Shown: in pieces, positions 1-14,576 of the stretch
Numbering within the stretch: the first letter of the stretch is position 1
Layout of the letters: every line of letters starts with the position of its first letter
Assembly: GCA_964016885.1 (NCBI GenBank)
Contig: OZ024746.1
Span: 3,596,001-3,660,000, forward strand
Direction of reading: 5' to 3'
From: Eledone cirrhosa
Lineage: Eukaryota
Length of the DNA: 64,000 nucleotides
Position numbers and translations under genes: made by a program
The notes under the pieces: generated by a model
What the model was told of the DNA's origin: nothing
Database searches by the model: none
The model's input: the letters and a program-made list of their open reading frames with translations, nothing else

Positions 1-1236
1 GCTTGAAACTCTAACTTTCAATGGAGTCAACTGATTCTTAAATATATATATGTTCTACACCATGTATTGAGTACTCTTTTCTTTCATTTGTAAACACACA
101 AACATATACATATAAATATACATACATACATTCATTCATATATACATACATATATACATACACACAGACACAGACACATACTTACATATATACATACACG
201 CAGACACACGCACACACAATACATATATACATATATACATACATACATATTTTTTGAGAGTCATTTGTATCCATTTTTCCAATAAATCTAGAAAATATAT
301 AAAGTAGGAGCCATGAAGTCTGTCTAACAAATATTAATCAATTATATGAGAGCTATTAATGTCTTTAGGGATACCTTTTGGTGTTTTTATTGACATAATG
401 TCATATAAGAACTTGTAATGTTGCCTAATTATACCCAACTCGAACAGACAGAATTTAGGGAAGTTACACTATCTTACAGCAATCTACATTGACATTTGTA
501 ACAAGGCACGACCATGTGGTTATGAAATTTGCTTCTTAATAGTGTGATCCTGAATTCGTTTCCATCTCGTGGCACCTTAGAGTCAGTTCAAAGAAAAGAT
601 AGACGAGGAGTAAGGTGATATACCCCTGTTTTCCCCCCAAATGATAGAGGTTGTATGCTCTATCGACCAGGACAAGTCTGTGTCTGGTCTTTAAGACCCA
701 CAATCCAACATTACATTGATACAGGTAGAATTGGTGATCTGCTTGTCTGTCCATAATATATTGGTTTCAGGAATACGAGGCTTATGACTAGTGACATGTG
801 ATAAGAGCGTAGGAGACACAATAACATGTAGGTTGGGTCTTCATGAACCTCTAAGTCTTGAAGATTTTCTATAACCATGAGGTTATCTCGGAGCTCTAAA
901 CTATCGTGAGAGGAAAGGGATACTGGCGGTGTGGAACAGAAGGTTTAGTTGTTGTTGTTTTGCTGTTCAATCTAGTACTGGAATGGAGGTTTTGTGTCTA
1001 TGTAAAAAAATATCACAAGGACAGAGTGCCAAACAAAATACCTTGCATCATATGTCCTGAACTTTATGTTCTGGGCTTAAATCCCCCTGAGGTCGATTTT
1101 GCTTTTTATTCTTCCTAGATCGATAAAATAGTTAGATGTAAAGTATCGGGATCGATATATTCGACATTTCCCTTCCCACAAGATTTCTGGCTTTGTATCT
1201 CTATGTAAATAATCAATATTATTAAGTATTGTGGAG

Positions 1237-1410
1237 GGCGGTAGATTGGCAGTATCGTAGAGGGTCGGACGCCATGCTTTTCAGCATAGAGTTACCTCCT
1301 TTTATGGTTTGAGTTCAAATCCAGACGAGGTTAACTTTGCTTTTCATCCTTACAGGGTCGATAAAATAAAGAACCATAATTGCTGACCTTGTGCTAAAAG
1401 TAGAAACAAT
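1237..1410 (+). mobile_element. SINE, same family
   Basis: A/B boxes and core present. Flanking direct repeat TTATTAAGTATTGTG. Confidence 0.85.
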
Positions 1411-2054
1411 TATTAAGTATTGTGAGGGAGATGGATTGGCAGTTACTGGATTGTGGTGCCCCAGCATGGCCACAGTCTAATGACCGAAACCAATAAAGAA
1501 ATAACAGATAATCTAATATAATAATTATAATGATTAGAAGTATAAACATTGTTTGAGGTTCTAGATCTAATCATTTATAATTATTATAATGTCACAATGC
1601 TTTCAAAAAACTGACCGAAACTCCTTTCACAATCCATTATCTAAAACTCTCGAGAATCTTCCCAGACAAGGAAACTGTATTCGTGTCAGTCAGAAAAAAT
1701 AAATTTTCAGGAAACACATGGTTGGAAAAGTTGTTCTCTTTCATAAGTAGACGAAGTCATTCAAATAGTTCTGTTTCCTGAGCCGTGTAAGATATTTACA
1801 ATGTACATACTGTGTATGAGAACATGAGAACTAGGAGCGGAATTATGTAATCTTCTATGTATACATGTATGTATGTATCTATCGTGATGGGGTCGTATGG
1901 GTGCCATGGTGACGTACGGTGTATTGGGAATTTTAACTCTGTCGAAGTCCAATCTTTCCCCAGGTCTGAACACAGTCAATTTTGTTATCGAGAGAGAGGG
2001 GAGAGAGTAAGAAAAAAGAGTGAGTGATAGAGAGAGGGAGGGTGGAGAGAGAGA

Positions 2055-2168
<114 letters not shown>

Positions 2169-2726
2169 GAAAAAAAGATACTCTGTAGAGAAAGAATCGA
2201 TCCTTATACTTGGCTGATTAATTTTAAAAGAATGAAAGGTAAAGTTGACCTGAGCGGGTTTGGAGCCCAGATCATAGAGAGCCAGAACAGATACTGTCAG
2301 ACATTCTCTCAGACATTCTCTCAAACATTCTATCAGACATTTTAAGAACTATGTCGCCTTAAACGTATATCTTAATTGATCTATTTTCTCTCTGAGCGGT
2401 TTTTGTTAAATTGATAGCGTTAAACAATTTCCGAGTATCTTCTATCTTTCTTGATCAAAATTAATTATTAATCTAGTTATCTTTTCTTCTTACTACGAGT
2501 CTAATATTAATTAATTAAAATATGTTTGAGTTACTATATTAAGTACGGTAGTGTCTAGTTTATTACCTGACTGTTGTGACTGGACTAATTTCTTTCGGTG
2601 TCGAAGATATTAAAACGAAGCTTCCATTAAAATTAGCTACAGTCACAGCCCAGTTATCTTGATAACAAAATATATATTTTTGTAGAATTAAGAGCAAATT
2701 GAGAACCACTATGTTGTCACATGATC

Positions 2727-2757
<31 letters not shown>

Positions 2758-3460
2758 CGATAACATGAGAACTAGGAGCGGAGTTATGTAATCTTGTATG
2801 TATGGATCAACAACCCCTGATGGAGTCGTATGGGTACCATAGTGACAAGAACGATAACAACAACAACAACACCTCCATCCTTAGAGATGGCACGAATCAA
2901 TTTCCATATTGATGTCCGTATTGGTGGTCAATACCATTCAATAACAGCCAGTAATGAAATAAAGTCAACACTGTGTCATAGTACGTCGGTGGTAATCTAC
3001 ACGAGTGAAGATTTTCATTTAGACGCCATTTTGCCTCCACCCAACCTGACTAAGGAAGAAGTCACTAACCTTATTTCTTGAAATAACAACGTCAGTTAAT
3101 CACTTGTTAATAGATATCTATCATCATGTAATATTCAAATGGTCGACTCTGTATTACTAGTCAGGTACAATGAATAATTATTTTATCTAAACAGATAATA
3201 GAATACTAAAGATCATACACCACCTGTATTATATTACCTGTAGAAAAATATTTTAAATGAACTACATTTGTCGCAGAACTAAAGTGAAATGTTCAGAAAT
3301 TTCTAGAATTTTCAGAGAAATAACTGATACAATACAATGAGATGAAATCTAACTGATTATGTTTGTATATTTGGAATATATTCATATCATTCTGTCGATC
3401 TGTCTACTTTTCTCTCTATCTATTTACACATCTGTGTATTTTTTCATTATATATATTCTT

Positions 3461-3601
3461 TATTATGGTCAAGTGATGAGTCTTGTTACTCTGGAGTTTC
3501 ACGTGTGTACTCACAAGAATCATCAGATAATTCTTGTCTATGATACTGTGAGTACACACGTGAAACTCCAGAATAACAAGACTCATCATTTGGCCATAAT
3601 A
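3461..3601. repeat. Fold-back inverted repeat with a degenerate hammerhead (probable PLE pLTR)
   Basis: ~54-bp arms. Plus strand reads CTTGT-CT(-)ATGA...GAAACTC.CA.GAAT-A-ACAAG. Confidence 0.6.
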
Positions 3602-3626
3602 TAGAATATCATTAATCTCTACACCG

Positions 3627-3811
3627 GGCGGTGGATTGGCAGTATCGGTAGAGGGTCGGGACGCCATGCTTTCCAGCATAGTTACGTCCCTTTAAGATCT
3701 GAGTTCAAATCCCACCGAGGTTGACTTTGCCTTTCATCCTTACGGGGTCGATAAAATAAAGTACCAGTAATGCACTGGGAAATTGCTGGCCTTGTGCCTA
3801 AAGTAGAAACA
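3627..3811 (+). mobile_element. tRNA-derived SINE with Nin-type core and a ~16-bp TSD
   Basis: A box TGGCAGTATCGG, B box GAGTTCAAATCC, core GCCTTTCATCCTTACGGGGTCGATAAA. TSD ATTAATCTCTACAYCG at 3611 and 3812. Confidence 0.88.
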
Positions 3812-3930
3812 ATTAATCTCTACATCGGTCAAAATCACATTGATATATATATATATATATATATACTGAACTTCTTATATACCAACACTGGATTTGAGTT
3901 CTCTAAGAGATGATAACGTGAACAGTCCTG

Positions 3931-4007
<77 letters not shown>

Positions 4008-4172
4008 TATGTTAAGGCATCAATACATATTAAAATGTATGGTGAACATGTTTCTCAATAAAAAAGCTCAATGGACCTTAGTTCAGAATATCAATTATTT
4101 TTATTTAAATTTAATAGATATATGAAGAGAGAAAGAAGCATATATCGTTTAAGAAACTCATACCATTTTGAA

Positions 4173-4316
<144 letters not shown>

Positions 4317-4646
4317 ATATGGAATAAATGACATTCTTTTCAATCCTCAGATGTTTTTAATTATTCTATAGTAATATAAATTCATTCTCGATTGCGAGGT
4401 TTAAAATTCGCTACTTGGCAGTAATCTTTCTTTATTCTATTCCCGATGACTACTGTTTGAACTAGTTCAGTAGTTATATAGCTACACAGGGGCTGTAGTG
4501 ATGCAGACCTCTTGTGTCAGTCTGCCGATCGACTAAGCTTAACCCACACAAATGTTGGTAGTATTGAAAATGTCTTGAATTGCCGTAAGATTAACAGTCA
4601 TCATAACACTAATGTTTTTAAAGGTGGTTACTGCCTTTTTTTTATA

Positions 4647-4790
4647 TGGCGGTGAAACGGGAGAGTTGTTAGAACGCCGGATAAATTGCTTTGCAGTTCA
4701 GGCTTTCTGAGTTCAAATCCCGCCGAAGACAACTTTGCCTTTCTTCTTTTCGAGGTCGATAAAAAAAGTAACAGTTTAGTACTGAGGTTT
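4647..4790 (+). mobile_element. SINE, related subfamily; similar copy at ~15660-15850
   Basis: GAGTTCAAATCCCGCCGAAG...TCGAGGTCGATAAAA. Confidence 0.7.
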
Positions 4791-6420
4791 TAGTACTGAG
4801 GTTTTAGTACTGAGGTTTTAATACTGTGGTTTTAGTACTGTGGTTTATTCTTCCTCTATATCTCTTTCTCACTTCCATTCTTTCACTTTCTATTCTTCCC
4901 TGGAAGAAGTCTGCTTTATTGAGGCCTGGAGAGGGATGGGCTCCATCTGGCCTTAAAACATTCCCTAGAAGCGCCCACACAACTCTCTCAGGAGTTACGG
5001 GACCATGCAAGAACTGTCTCTTTTCTGTAAGGTGACTGACAAAGAAAAGTGTTTTATTTGCTGACATAAGACCTGTCCTATAGCAGAGAACATGTAATTT
5101 CGAACATGTTTGTTTGATATAATATTTTTCAATTCTTAAAATTCATAATGTCGACTATTGTTGCAGCTCTTTTCAAACATTATTACCATAAATTAATATT
5201 TTAGTTTTTCTGTATTTAATGCAAGGATAATTATGCAATGAATTGATTTTCTCTACTCACAGAATTATTTCTTTTTGTAAAATATAATTTCTATATTAAG
5301 CCTGAGCTTAACATTACAAATACAACAAAAATATGTGATAGAATACTAAAAAATTGCTACTCCAATAATATGGACTCAGATGGTGTGGAAGATCGCGTGC
5401 AGAACTCCAGGCACAAGTCGTTTCGTGGTCCACGTGAGCAGAATAGAGAAAGCGTTGCTCCGAAAGATGGCGAGGTAGACGCCTCGAACCCTTCCAACTT
5501 GCAGGGCTTCACTTCAGCAGGTGAGTTAAGTGGTGGTCCGGGAACCAAGATCGCTGGAAGTTTCCACTGCTACAGAAACAGATTAAGATTCAGTAATCCA
5601 GAGACACTATCCACATGAAAAAATGTACATTATTTTGCTGGGTATTAACATATTTAAAGAATTAGAAAGTTACCTAGAAATGATTTTGAAAGGGCGATAT
5701 AACAGATTAGTCAGTGACCAGTATTGGTGGATTGGCAGTATCGGTAGAGGGTTGGACGCCATGCTCTGCAACACAGTTACGTCCCTTTACGGACTGAGGT
5801 CAAATATTGAATGCCTGGTGGTTAGGGTGTTGGCCTCACGAACATGGGGTTAAGGGCTCGATTCCTTGATCGGTTGACGTATTGATTTCTTGAGCAAGAT
5901 GCTTAATTTTACGGCACTTTTCATGATAGGAATAAGGATTAAAAGACCGTAGATACAACTTTGAAGGAGGTCAGCTACACCTACATAGTCGTGATCTGAA
6001 AACATTCCCCCTTTTTTCAAACAATATGGCAAAACATTATCTGGTAATAAACAGATTTAAAACATTGATTAAAAGAAAGTATTCTTGCAATAGACCTAAG
6101 CGTAAATTAAATAGTTGCAGATTATTAAAATACGAGATATATGGTTGACACTATTGAAAAGAAAATGATTGAAAATTATTTCTTTAAATAGATCTTTACT
6201 CATACTGATTATATTTAGTGTCTAATATATCTGCCTATATCTCTATATAGTTGACATTTCTATTTCTCTCTCTCTCTCTCTCTCCTCTCTCTTTCTCTCC
6301 CTCTCTATCTCTGTGCACTCGTGCATATAGACACTAAAAATAATAGTACGAAAACAAAACGAAATAAAACTAGTGTTGTTAGATTTACCGTCGGTAAATA
6401 TTAAGACGTAAGTCATTGAG

Positions 6421-6675
6421 GTGGGTTTCTTCTCTGAAGACTTGCTGTCCAGCTCTCCTGACAGTTTCTTCTCAAAGACCTTCTGTTTTCCAGCACTTCT
6501 GAGAGTTTCTTCTCTGAAGACCTTCTTGCTGACCAGCTCTCCTGAGAGTTTCTTCTCTGAAGACCTGCTGTCTAGCTCTCCTGAGAGTTTCTTCTCTGAA
6601 GACCTTCTGTTGTCCAGCACTCCTGAGAGTTTCTTCTCAGAAGACCTGTTGTCCAGTACTCCTAAGAGTTTCTTC
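6421..6675. repeat. 36-39-bp minisatellite, ~7 units; a single unit recurs at ~63115-63162
   Basis: GAGAGTTTCTTCTCTGAAGACCT(TCT)GCTGTCCAGCTCTCCT units. Confidence 0.9.
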
Positions 6676-6992
6676 ATTTCCTTCCTGCGTGTATAGATGC
6701 CACATCTTCGTATGTAGCTTCATGTGTATATGTGTGTCAGCCTCACACTAAATTTGGTGTTCTTTATTTGATTTATGGAAACGCTACTAAAAACCACTTG
6801 TGAAACCTGTAATTTTCTTTTTTTGCGTATACATTTCTGGTAGTTTTTGGTCGTTGTTTCCGAAAAACCACCGAAAGTTAATGTAGTGAGTCCTTATTCA
6901 GCGAAATTTGACTTGACTTAGATCCATCATTCACAGAAATATGTTAGATTTATGTTGATAAATAATAGTGACATTGGAAGCTGCGAGCAGAA

Positions 6993-7520
6993 ATGCCACC
7001 AAAGAATAGACCTTCATTTGGAAGAAAGTCTGATAAAGTTATGGCAAAGCAGCTACAAAGGGAGGATGAAAAGGACAAGAAAGACTCCCAAAACAAAGAA
7101 AAACAACAGCGTAATATAGGCAAAATGAATGAAAAGAACAAAAATGAAAAAGAATATTGATGATAGGATAAGGAAAGCAAGTATACATCAAGAGGAATTA
7201 GATGTAAGAAAATCATCGAAACAGCAAATGGAGAGAAATAGAGCAGCTGAAAGGTAGCTCAAGCAACTCAAGGCTATGTGAACAGAAGATTTACGATTTT
7301 AAAAGGTTGTCGGATGGAACATTGCTGCTTTTAGTTACAATCCACATCAAGACTATGCCCCAGAACTTTTAATTCGAATTTTCTCAACGAACAAAATTTG
7401 TCCAAACTGTGGAGTTAAGTCAACTAATGGTGAGTCAACTGGATTGTGCTGTTTAAATGGAAAGATTAAGTTTAAACAATTACCTGAACCACCAGAACCC
7501 TTGAAGGGACTGCTGATTGT
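6993..7520 (+). pseudogene. Helitron RepHel N-terminal remnant
   Basis: MPPKNRPSFGRK start and CPNC...GESTGLCCLNGKIKFKQLPEPPEPLKGLL (7398-7518), which is the Cys motif that precedes the Helitron Rep domain. Contains stops and frameshifts. Confidence 0.7.
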
Positions 7521-8006
7521 ATGCATATACAGATAAGACATATGTTGACTCAAGGCTATTGAAATTTACATTTGCCCAAGAAACTACAGAGAGGGATCTA
7601 CGTATTGCTTCGGGTAGAAGCTTTTTCACCGTTTTTTAATCCATAAGATTTGGGTCAAAGTAGAGAACGATAGGAAATGACAGAGAGCTATGAGTGGCGG
7701 CGCATGTGTGGGATAGAGTGTTTGGCCTGAGAACAGGAGTGTGAGTGAAGAAGACAATTTAGGAGGGCTCAGTTGTGAGTGAATGTAATTAAAGATTATA
7801 ATGAGATGGAATGATCAATTTAATTGACATGGTCAATCACCGCAACAAAGTGTTTGTCAATAGCAGTTTTCCCACACACGTCAGTATACACATAAACGTA
7901 CATACGAATAGTATAAGTACAAACATATACATATACGTAGTGTTATATATACACCCAGACAGTAGGAAATGTGACACCAAGCTGTATGTTCTCATTTACA
8001 TATAAT

Positions 8007-8211
8007 TGTTTCTAGTGTTAGCACAAGGCCAGCAATTTGAAGGGACGGGGAAAGTCGCTTAAATCCACCCCAGTACATTACCGGTACTTTATTTTATAGT
8101 CTCCGTAAGGATGAAAGACAAAGCTAACCTCGACGGGATTTGAACTCAGAACGCAAAGGGCCGTAACTCTATTCCCTTGTCCGAAGCTCTACCGATACTG
8201 CCCATCCACGG
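8007..8211 (-). mobile_element. SINE, same family
   Basis: Reverse-complement B box and core. TSD CTCATTTACATATAAT at 7991 and 8213. Confidence 0.85.
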
Positions 8212-9351
8212 CTCATTTACATATAATAGTAATAATAAAAATAAGACACAATGAATGTTAAAATGGCAGAAATAGAATAGAAATAAATATTATTGCATTT
8301 TTATAAAATAATTCTACATAACGAACATTAACATATTCAGGTGGTTTTTTAGTAAGAGACGAATGAAGACCAATCGTTAAGACCAATTGGAGATGATGTA
8401 CTAAGGGCGAATATGAAGGGTTGTTCATAGCTAACTAACATAGCTAACTGATCATGTGTAATAGCTAACTAATCTGACATTTCCGGTCATTTTCTACGCT
8501 TTATAAACTCTCATGAAATATTGCGAAGAAAGGATTTCTCTCTGCCCAGAAGAAAGACTTTAAACGAAACGTCTAACTTCCTCTCCTAAAGGTATACACA
8601 TTTAAGAAACTTTCTCTATCTGTATAGATACAAGTGTGTGTATACGCACATATACACGTACGCACACGCACACACTACACACACAAATATAAATATATAG
8701 TTAGTCACAGCAAACACCGCTTTCACCGCCATCTATCTGAAGCAATATTCAACGATGCAAATGAGCCATTTACAACTAATCCAGGTTCTCATTTCTTCAG
8801 TCATGTTTATCTTGCCCCTGAAAGAGAGCTAAACTATAAACAATCTACATCACCAATTATAAAAGGCAACAAATCACCACCAAGACACCGAGAACTAAAA
8901 TAAATAGAAAAAAGTCAAACGAACATTAATAAAACAAACAAAACAAAGAACAAAAGAAATAAAGTCGAACAGCAAACATTAGAAAACAACTCGGGGATCA
9001 GCAATTAGACTTTTTGTTGGCTGAACATCTCTGTTGACCTTTGGATTACATTTCACGAAAGTGAACCCAGTTGAAACTGGTTTGTCTACACACACACTCA
9101 CACACACACACACACAGAAACACACACACACAGACACACACATACAGAGACACACACACGCGCGCGCATAGACACACAGACACACACACACACACACACA
9201 CATACACATAAACACATACACATACACACACACAGACACTCACAGACACATATGTATATATGTATATACGCATATATCTGTATATGCTCATGGATACATA
9301 CATACATACATTCATATATATATATATATATTTATCAGCCCACAACATATG

Positions 9352-9395
<44 letters not shown>

Positions 9396-9411
9396 CACAC
9401 ACACACATATA

Positions 9412-9533
<122 letters not shown>

Positions 9534-9985
9534 GAAGAGAGAAGAAACATTTAGATATAATTAGTAATAAAATGTATCATACCTAAACTGCTCCTAGATT
9601 CCTCGACTACGTAGTTTCGTGGCATAAACAAAAACAATACATCATAAAGATATAGAGTCCTTGCGAGGTCTGCCGACTTATCAAGAGGATACCTCATTTT
9701 ACTAGCTTCAAGAACGCGTCTACACGACGTGAGAAAGAATCCCAAAAGGCGGAGGGGGAGATAGTCACGCGATATTACGGTCGAGAAACAGAGCTAAGCC
9801 TCTTATAACCCCTTATAATGTATTTTTAACTCTGATACTGGTTCAGTCTAATTCAACCGGATTGGTCTGTCCCAGTCATTTATTGAGCAACATCGGTAAG
9901 GTTGGCACCATTAACTCACGGTTGGGTGTGGATGCATTCATGTATATGTGTGTGTCCGCATGTATATGTGTGTTTCTAAATATAT

Positions 9986-10022
<37 letters not shown>

Positions 10023-10060
10023 CATATATATACATATATATATAGATAAGTTGTGGGCTG

Positions 10061-10105
<45 letters not shown>

Positions 10106-10187
10106 GAAATTATTGTGTACAGTGCTCAGGTGCACTAACACTCATCAAAAGTGCATATATAGTACATAGAGTAATGTCAGTAAAATG

Positions 10188-10252
<65 letters not shown>

Positions 10253-10303
10253 CTGTTTCTACTTTAGGCACAAGGCCAGCAATTACCCAGTGCATATATA
10301 TAA

Positions 10304-10492
10304 CGAAGGAAATGTGGTAAGGAACCAGGTGGACCATAACGCACCAAAGTACTCAACACTTAGGGTAGTAGAGTGGGTAATAGAAACGAGTAGGACCCCG
10401 ACGGCTGAGCTCAAGCTGTTTCGACGGCTAATTCTGGACTCAGAATTAGCCGTCGAAACGGCTTGAGCTCAGCCGTCGGGGTCCTACTCGTT

Positions 10493-10495
<3 letters not shown>
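10304..10495. mobile_element. PLE pLTR family P1 with fold-back; other copies at ~16948, 17771, 35908, 36688, 39683, 40692, 48460, 50238 and 58795
   Basis: Recurrent GTCGAAACGGCTTGAGCTCAGCCGTCGGGGTC...TACCCACTCTACTACCCTAAGTATTGAGTAC block. It is physically joined to PLE RT at 17 kb and usually flanked by (TA)n. Confidence 0.75.
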
Positions 10496-10547
<52 letters not shown>

Positions 10548-10735
10548 ATAATAATAAATGTGAAGACTAAAATCCAAAGAGGGCTCGATAAGGATAAATA
10601 TATATCAAATATATAAGAACCGTAGAGCAAATATTTATTAAAATAACAGATTAAAGTTTAAGCAAAGAATCGCTGCTTTCACCCTTAACGGGATCTTCTG
10701 AAATTAAAGAAACCAATCTGTTGACGCAGAAGTAA

Positions 10736-10781
<46 letters not shown>

Positions 10782-11225
10782 ATCTGAGGAAGAGGGTGAG
10801 ATGGATCTAGGATATCACAATAGTAATATGTGGTTACATAACCATTACATATTAGTCAATATGGCGATTTATCATGATCAATCACCCCTTAGAAACGATC
10901 GTAAAATAATGAAATAATTAAGATCCTTTCTTGACTTTGGTTTTGTTTTCATTGTTCAATACACACACATACACACACACACACACACATACACACACAT
11001 ACACGTACGCATACACACATATACACACAAATACACACACACATACACATGCACACACCCATAGACACACACATGCACACATACACACATACACATGCAC
11101 ACACCCATACACACACACGCACACATACACACACACCCTCTCTCCCTGAGAAAACCGGTTTCACCTCATCAAAACAGCTGACATAACGACCAATCCAATG
11201 TTAATTTGAATTTCAGTTCATTATG

Positions 11226-13123
11226 TGGTTATGGTGATGGTGGTGGTGGTCGTGATGGTGGTGGTGGGGGGGGGGGGGGGTCGTGATGGTGGGGGTGGTG
11301 ATGGTGGTGGTGGTCGTGATGGTGGTGGTGGTGGTGGTGGTGGTGGTGGAGGTGGTGGTCGTGATGGTGGTGGTGGTGGTGGTGGTGGTGATGGTGGTGG
11401 TGGAGGTGGTGGTCGTGATGGTGGTGGTGGTGGTGGTGGTGGTGGTATGGTGGTGATGGTGGTGGTGGTGGTGATGGTGGTGGTGGTGGTGGTGGTGGTG
11501 GTGATGGTGGGGGTGATGGTGGTGGTGGTGGTGGTAGTGGTGGTGGTGGTGACGGTGGTGGTGATGATGGTGATGGCGGTGATGATGGTGGTGGTGGTGA
11601 TGGTGGTGGTGATGGTGGTGGTGGTGGTGATGATGGTGGTGGTGGTGGTGGTGATGGTGATGGTGGTGGTGGTGGTGGTGGTGGTGGTGGTTATGGTGGT
11701 GATGGTGGTGGTGGTGGTGGTTATGGTGGTGGTGGTGATGGTCGTGATGGTGGTGATGGTCGTGATGGTGGTGGTGGTGGTGATAGTCGTGATGGTGGTG
11801 GTGGTGGTGATGGTTGAGGTGGTGGTGGTGGTGGTGGTGGTGGTGGTGGTGATGGTGGTGGTGGTGATGGTGGTGGTGATGGTGGTGGTGGTGGTGGTGG
11901 TGATGGTGGTGGTGGTGGTGGTGGTGGTGGTGGTGGTGGTGGTAGTGGTGGTGATGGTGGTGATGGTGGTGGTGGTGGTGATGGTGGTGGTGTTGGTGGT
12001 GGTGGTGGTGGTGATGGTGGTGGTGGTGGTGGTGGTGATGGTGGTGATGGTGGTGGTGGTGGTGGTGGTGGTGATGGTGGTGATGGTGGTGGTGGTGGTG
12101 ATGGTGATGGTGGTGATGGTGGTGGTGGTGGTGGTGGTGGTGATGGTGGTGGTGGTGGTGGTGGTGGTGGTGGTGATGGTGGTGGTGGTGGTGGTGGTGG
12201 TGGTGGTGGTGATGGTGGTGGTGGTGGTGGTGGTGGTGGTGATGGTGGTGGTGGTGGTGGTGGTGGTGGTGGTGATGGTGGTGGTGGTGGTGGTGGTGGT
12301 GGTGGTGATGGTGGTGGTGGTGGTGGTGGTGGTGGTGGTGATGGTGGTGGTGGTGGTGGTGATGGTGGTGGTGGTGGTGGTGGTGGTGATGGTGGTGGTG
12401 GTGGTGGTGATGGTGGTGGTGGTGGTGGTGGTGGTGGTGGTGATGGTGGTGGTGGTGGTGGTGGTGGTGGTGATGGTGGTGGTGGTGGTGGTGATGGTGG
12501 TGATGGTGGTGGTGTGGTGATGGTGGTGGTGGTGGTGGTGGTGGTGATGATGGTGGTGGTGGTGGTGGTGGTGGTGATGGTGGTGATGGTGGTGGTGGTG
12601 GTGATGGTGGTGGTGATGGTGGTGATGGTGGTGGTGGTGGTGGTGGTGGTGGTGGTGATGGTGGTGGTGGTGGTGGTGGTGGTGATGGTGGTGATGGTGG
12701 TGGTGGTGGTGATGGTGGTGGTGGTGGTGGTGGTGATGGTGGTGGTGGTGGTGGTGGTGGTGGTGATGGTGGTGATGGTGGTGGTGGTGGTGATGGTGGT
12801 GGTGATGGTGGTGATGGTGGTGGTGGTGGTGATGGTGGTGGTGATGGTGGTGATGGTGGTGGTGGTGGTGGTGGTGGTGGTGATGGTGGTGGTGGTGGTG
12901 GTGGTGGTGATGGTGGTGATGGTGGTGGTGGTGGTGGTGGTGGTGATGGTGGTGATGGTGGTAGTGGTGGTGATGGTGGTGGTGGTGGTGGTGATGGTGG
13001 TGATGGTGGTGGTGGTGGTGATGGTGGTGGTGATGGTGGTGATGGTGGTGGTGGTGGTGATGGTGGTGATGGTGGTGATGGTGGTGATGGTGGTGGTGGT
13101 GGTGGTGGTGGTGATGATGGTGA
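11226..13123. repeat. ~1.9-kb (GGT)n/(GAT) trinucleotide array
   Basis: Direct reading of the sequence. Confidence 0.98.
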
Positions 13124-14042
13124 TCGTAATATTTGTGAAGTTTGTCATCATTACTATTTCCATTACAGACCCCCCACCCCCCGCACTCGTTATCGATATT
13201 ACAACAATCACTATCGTCATCTCCCCCTCCCCATCATAGTAGTCACCCTCCACCTACTCCCACTTAACATAACCGACCCAGTCTCACCATCAATACACAA
13301 TTGCAAAAATCTCTTTCCTTTCACACCCTATTCTCTCGGGTCTCAAATAATAGGGGGTGGAGGCTGGAATAAGCGGGTGTGGGGGCTGGAATAAGCGGGG
13401 TGTGGGAGTGGAGGTAAGCGGGGGTGGTTGGAAAATCAGTAACTTTTCTAGGTTTATTATTCGAGACTCGAGAATAGACAGAAAGGAAAAGATTGACAAA
13501 TGTGGTTTTGCATAGTATAACATAAGAGGACAATCATAGTCGGGGGATATGTTTGATTATATGGCAACTTGGTTAGGGTTAGCTAGGATTTTAGGGGAAA
13601 CAAATTCCATCACTTTTATCACACTCTATCACCACCACCACCACCTCCCACCACCAGCCACACCTCCCACCACCACCAGCACCACCTCTCACCACCAGCC
13701 ACACCTCCCCCCCCCCACCCCCCCACCCACCAGCCCCCCACACCACCCACCCAGCAACACCACCACCCTCCAACAACTCCCACCTCCACACGCCAACACC
13801 CTCACCGCTAACAACATCTACATCACTATCATCATTACCATTGTGAAGGCGGAGAAAAAGAGAGAGAGAGAGAGAGAGAGTAAGAGAGAGAGAAATAGAG
13901 AAAGAGAGAGAGAGTAAGAGAGTAAGAGAGAGAGAGAGAAATAGAGAGAGAAAACGAGAGATGGAGAAAGAAAGAGGGGGAGAGAAAGAAAGAGAGAGAG
14001 AGAGAAAGGGAGAGAGAGAAAGAAAGAGAGCGAGAGAGAAAG

Positions 14043-14083
<41 letters not shown>

Positions 14084-14382
14084 AAGAGAGAGTGTGATGC
14101 TGTGTTGAACAATGGCGAATGAACGACTTGAGGGTGGCATTTAAATCAAACTCCAAACGATTGTCCCTCCCCGTTTGAAAAGGTTATAAGTCCCTGGAAA
14201 GGTGTGAAGTAGGGGGTAGCTTTTGATGGCAGGGGGTGGTTTTTGATGGCAGGGGGTGGTTTTTGATGGCAGGGGGTATAGACATTGAAACAGCAGCTGC
14301 CACATCACATGTAACATTGCAAGATAGCATAGAACATCAACACAGAAAGTTTAGCCGCCATTCAAATACACAGTAGAGCGAA

Positions 14383-14459
<77 letters not shown>

Positions 14460-14543
14460 TTGTGTTTGGGAAGTATGTGTGTATGTGTGTCTTTGGGGAG
14501 TATGTGTGTGTGTGTGTGTTTGTGTGTGTCTTTGGGGAGTATG

Positions 14544-14576
<33 letters not shown>

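Noticed and set aside
5-28. Hammerhead 3' half at the window edge (GAAACTC...GAGTC)
   Set aside because: The 5' half would lie outside the window and cannot be verified.
3627-3720. tRNA gene suggested by A and B boxes
   Set aside because: No cloverleaf. It continues into SINE core and tail, has a TSD and is multicopy.
6421-6675. Repeated CTGAAGA as hammerhead cores
   Set aside because: No downstream GAAA or pairing helices.
11225-13253. Long poly-Val/Gly/Thr/Pro ORFs (431, 510 and 241 aa)
   Set aside because: Stop-free translations of a (GGT)n array, with no coding complexity.
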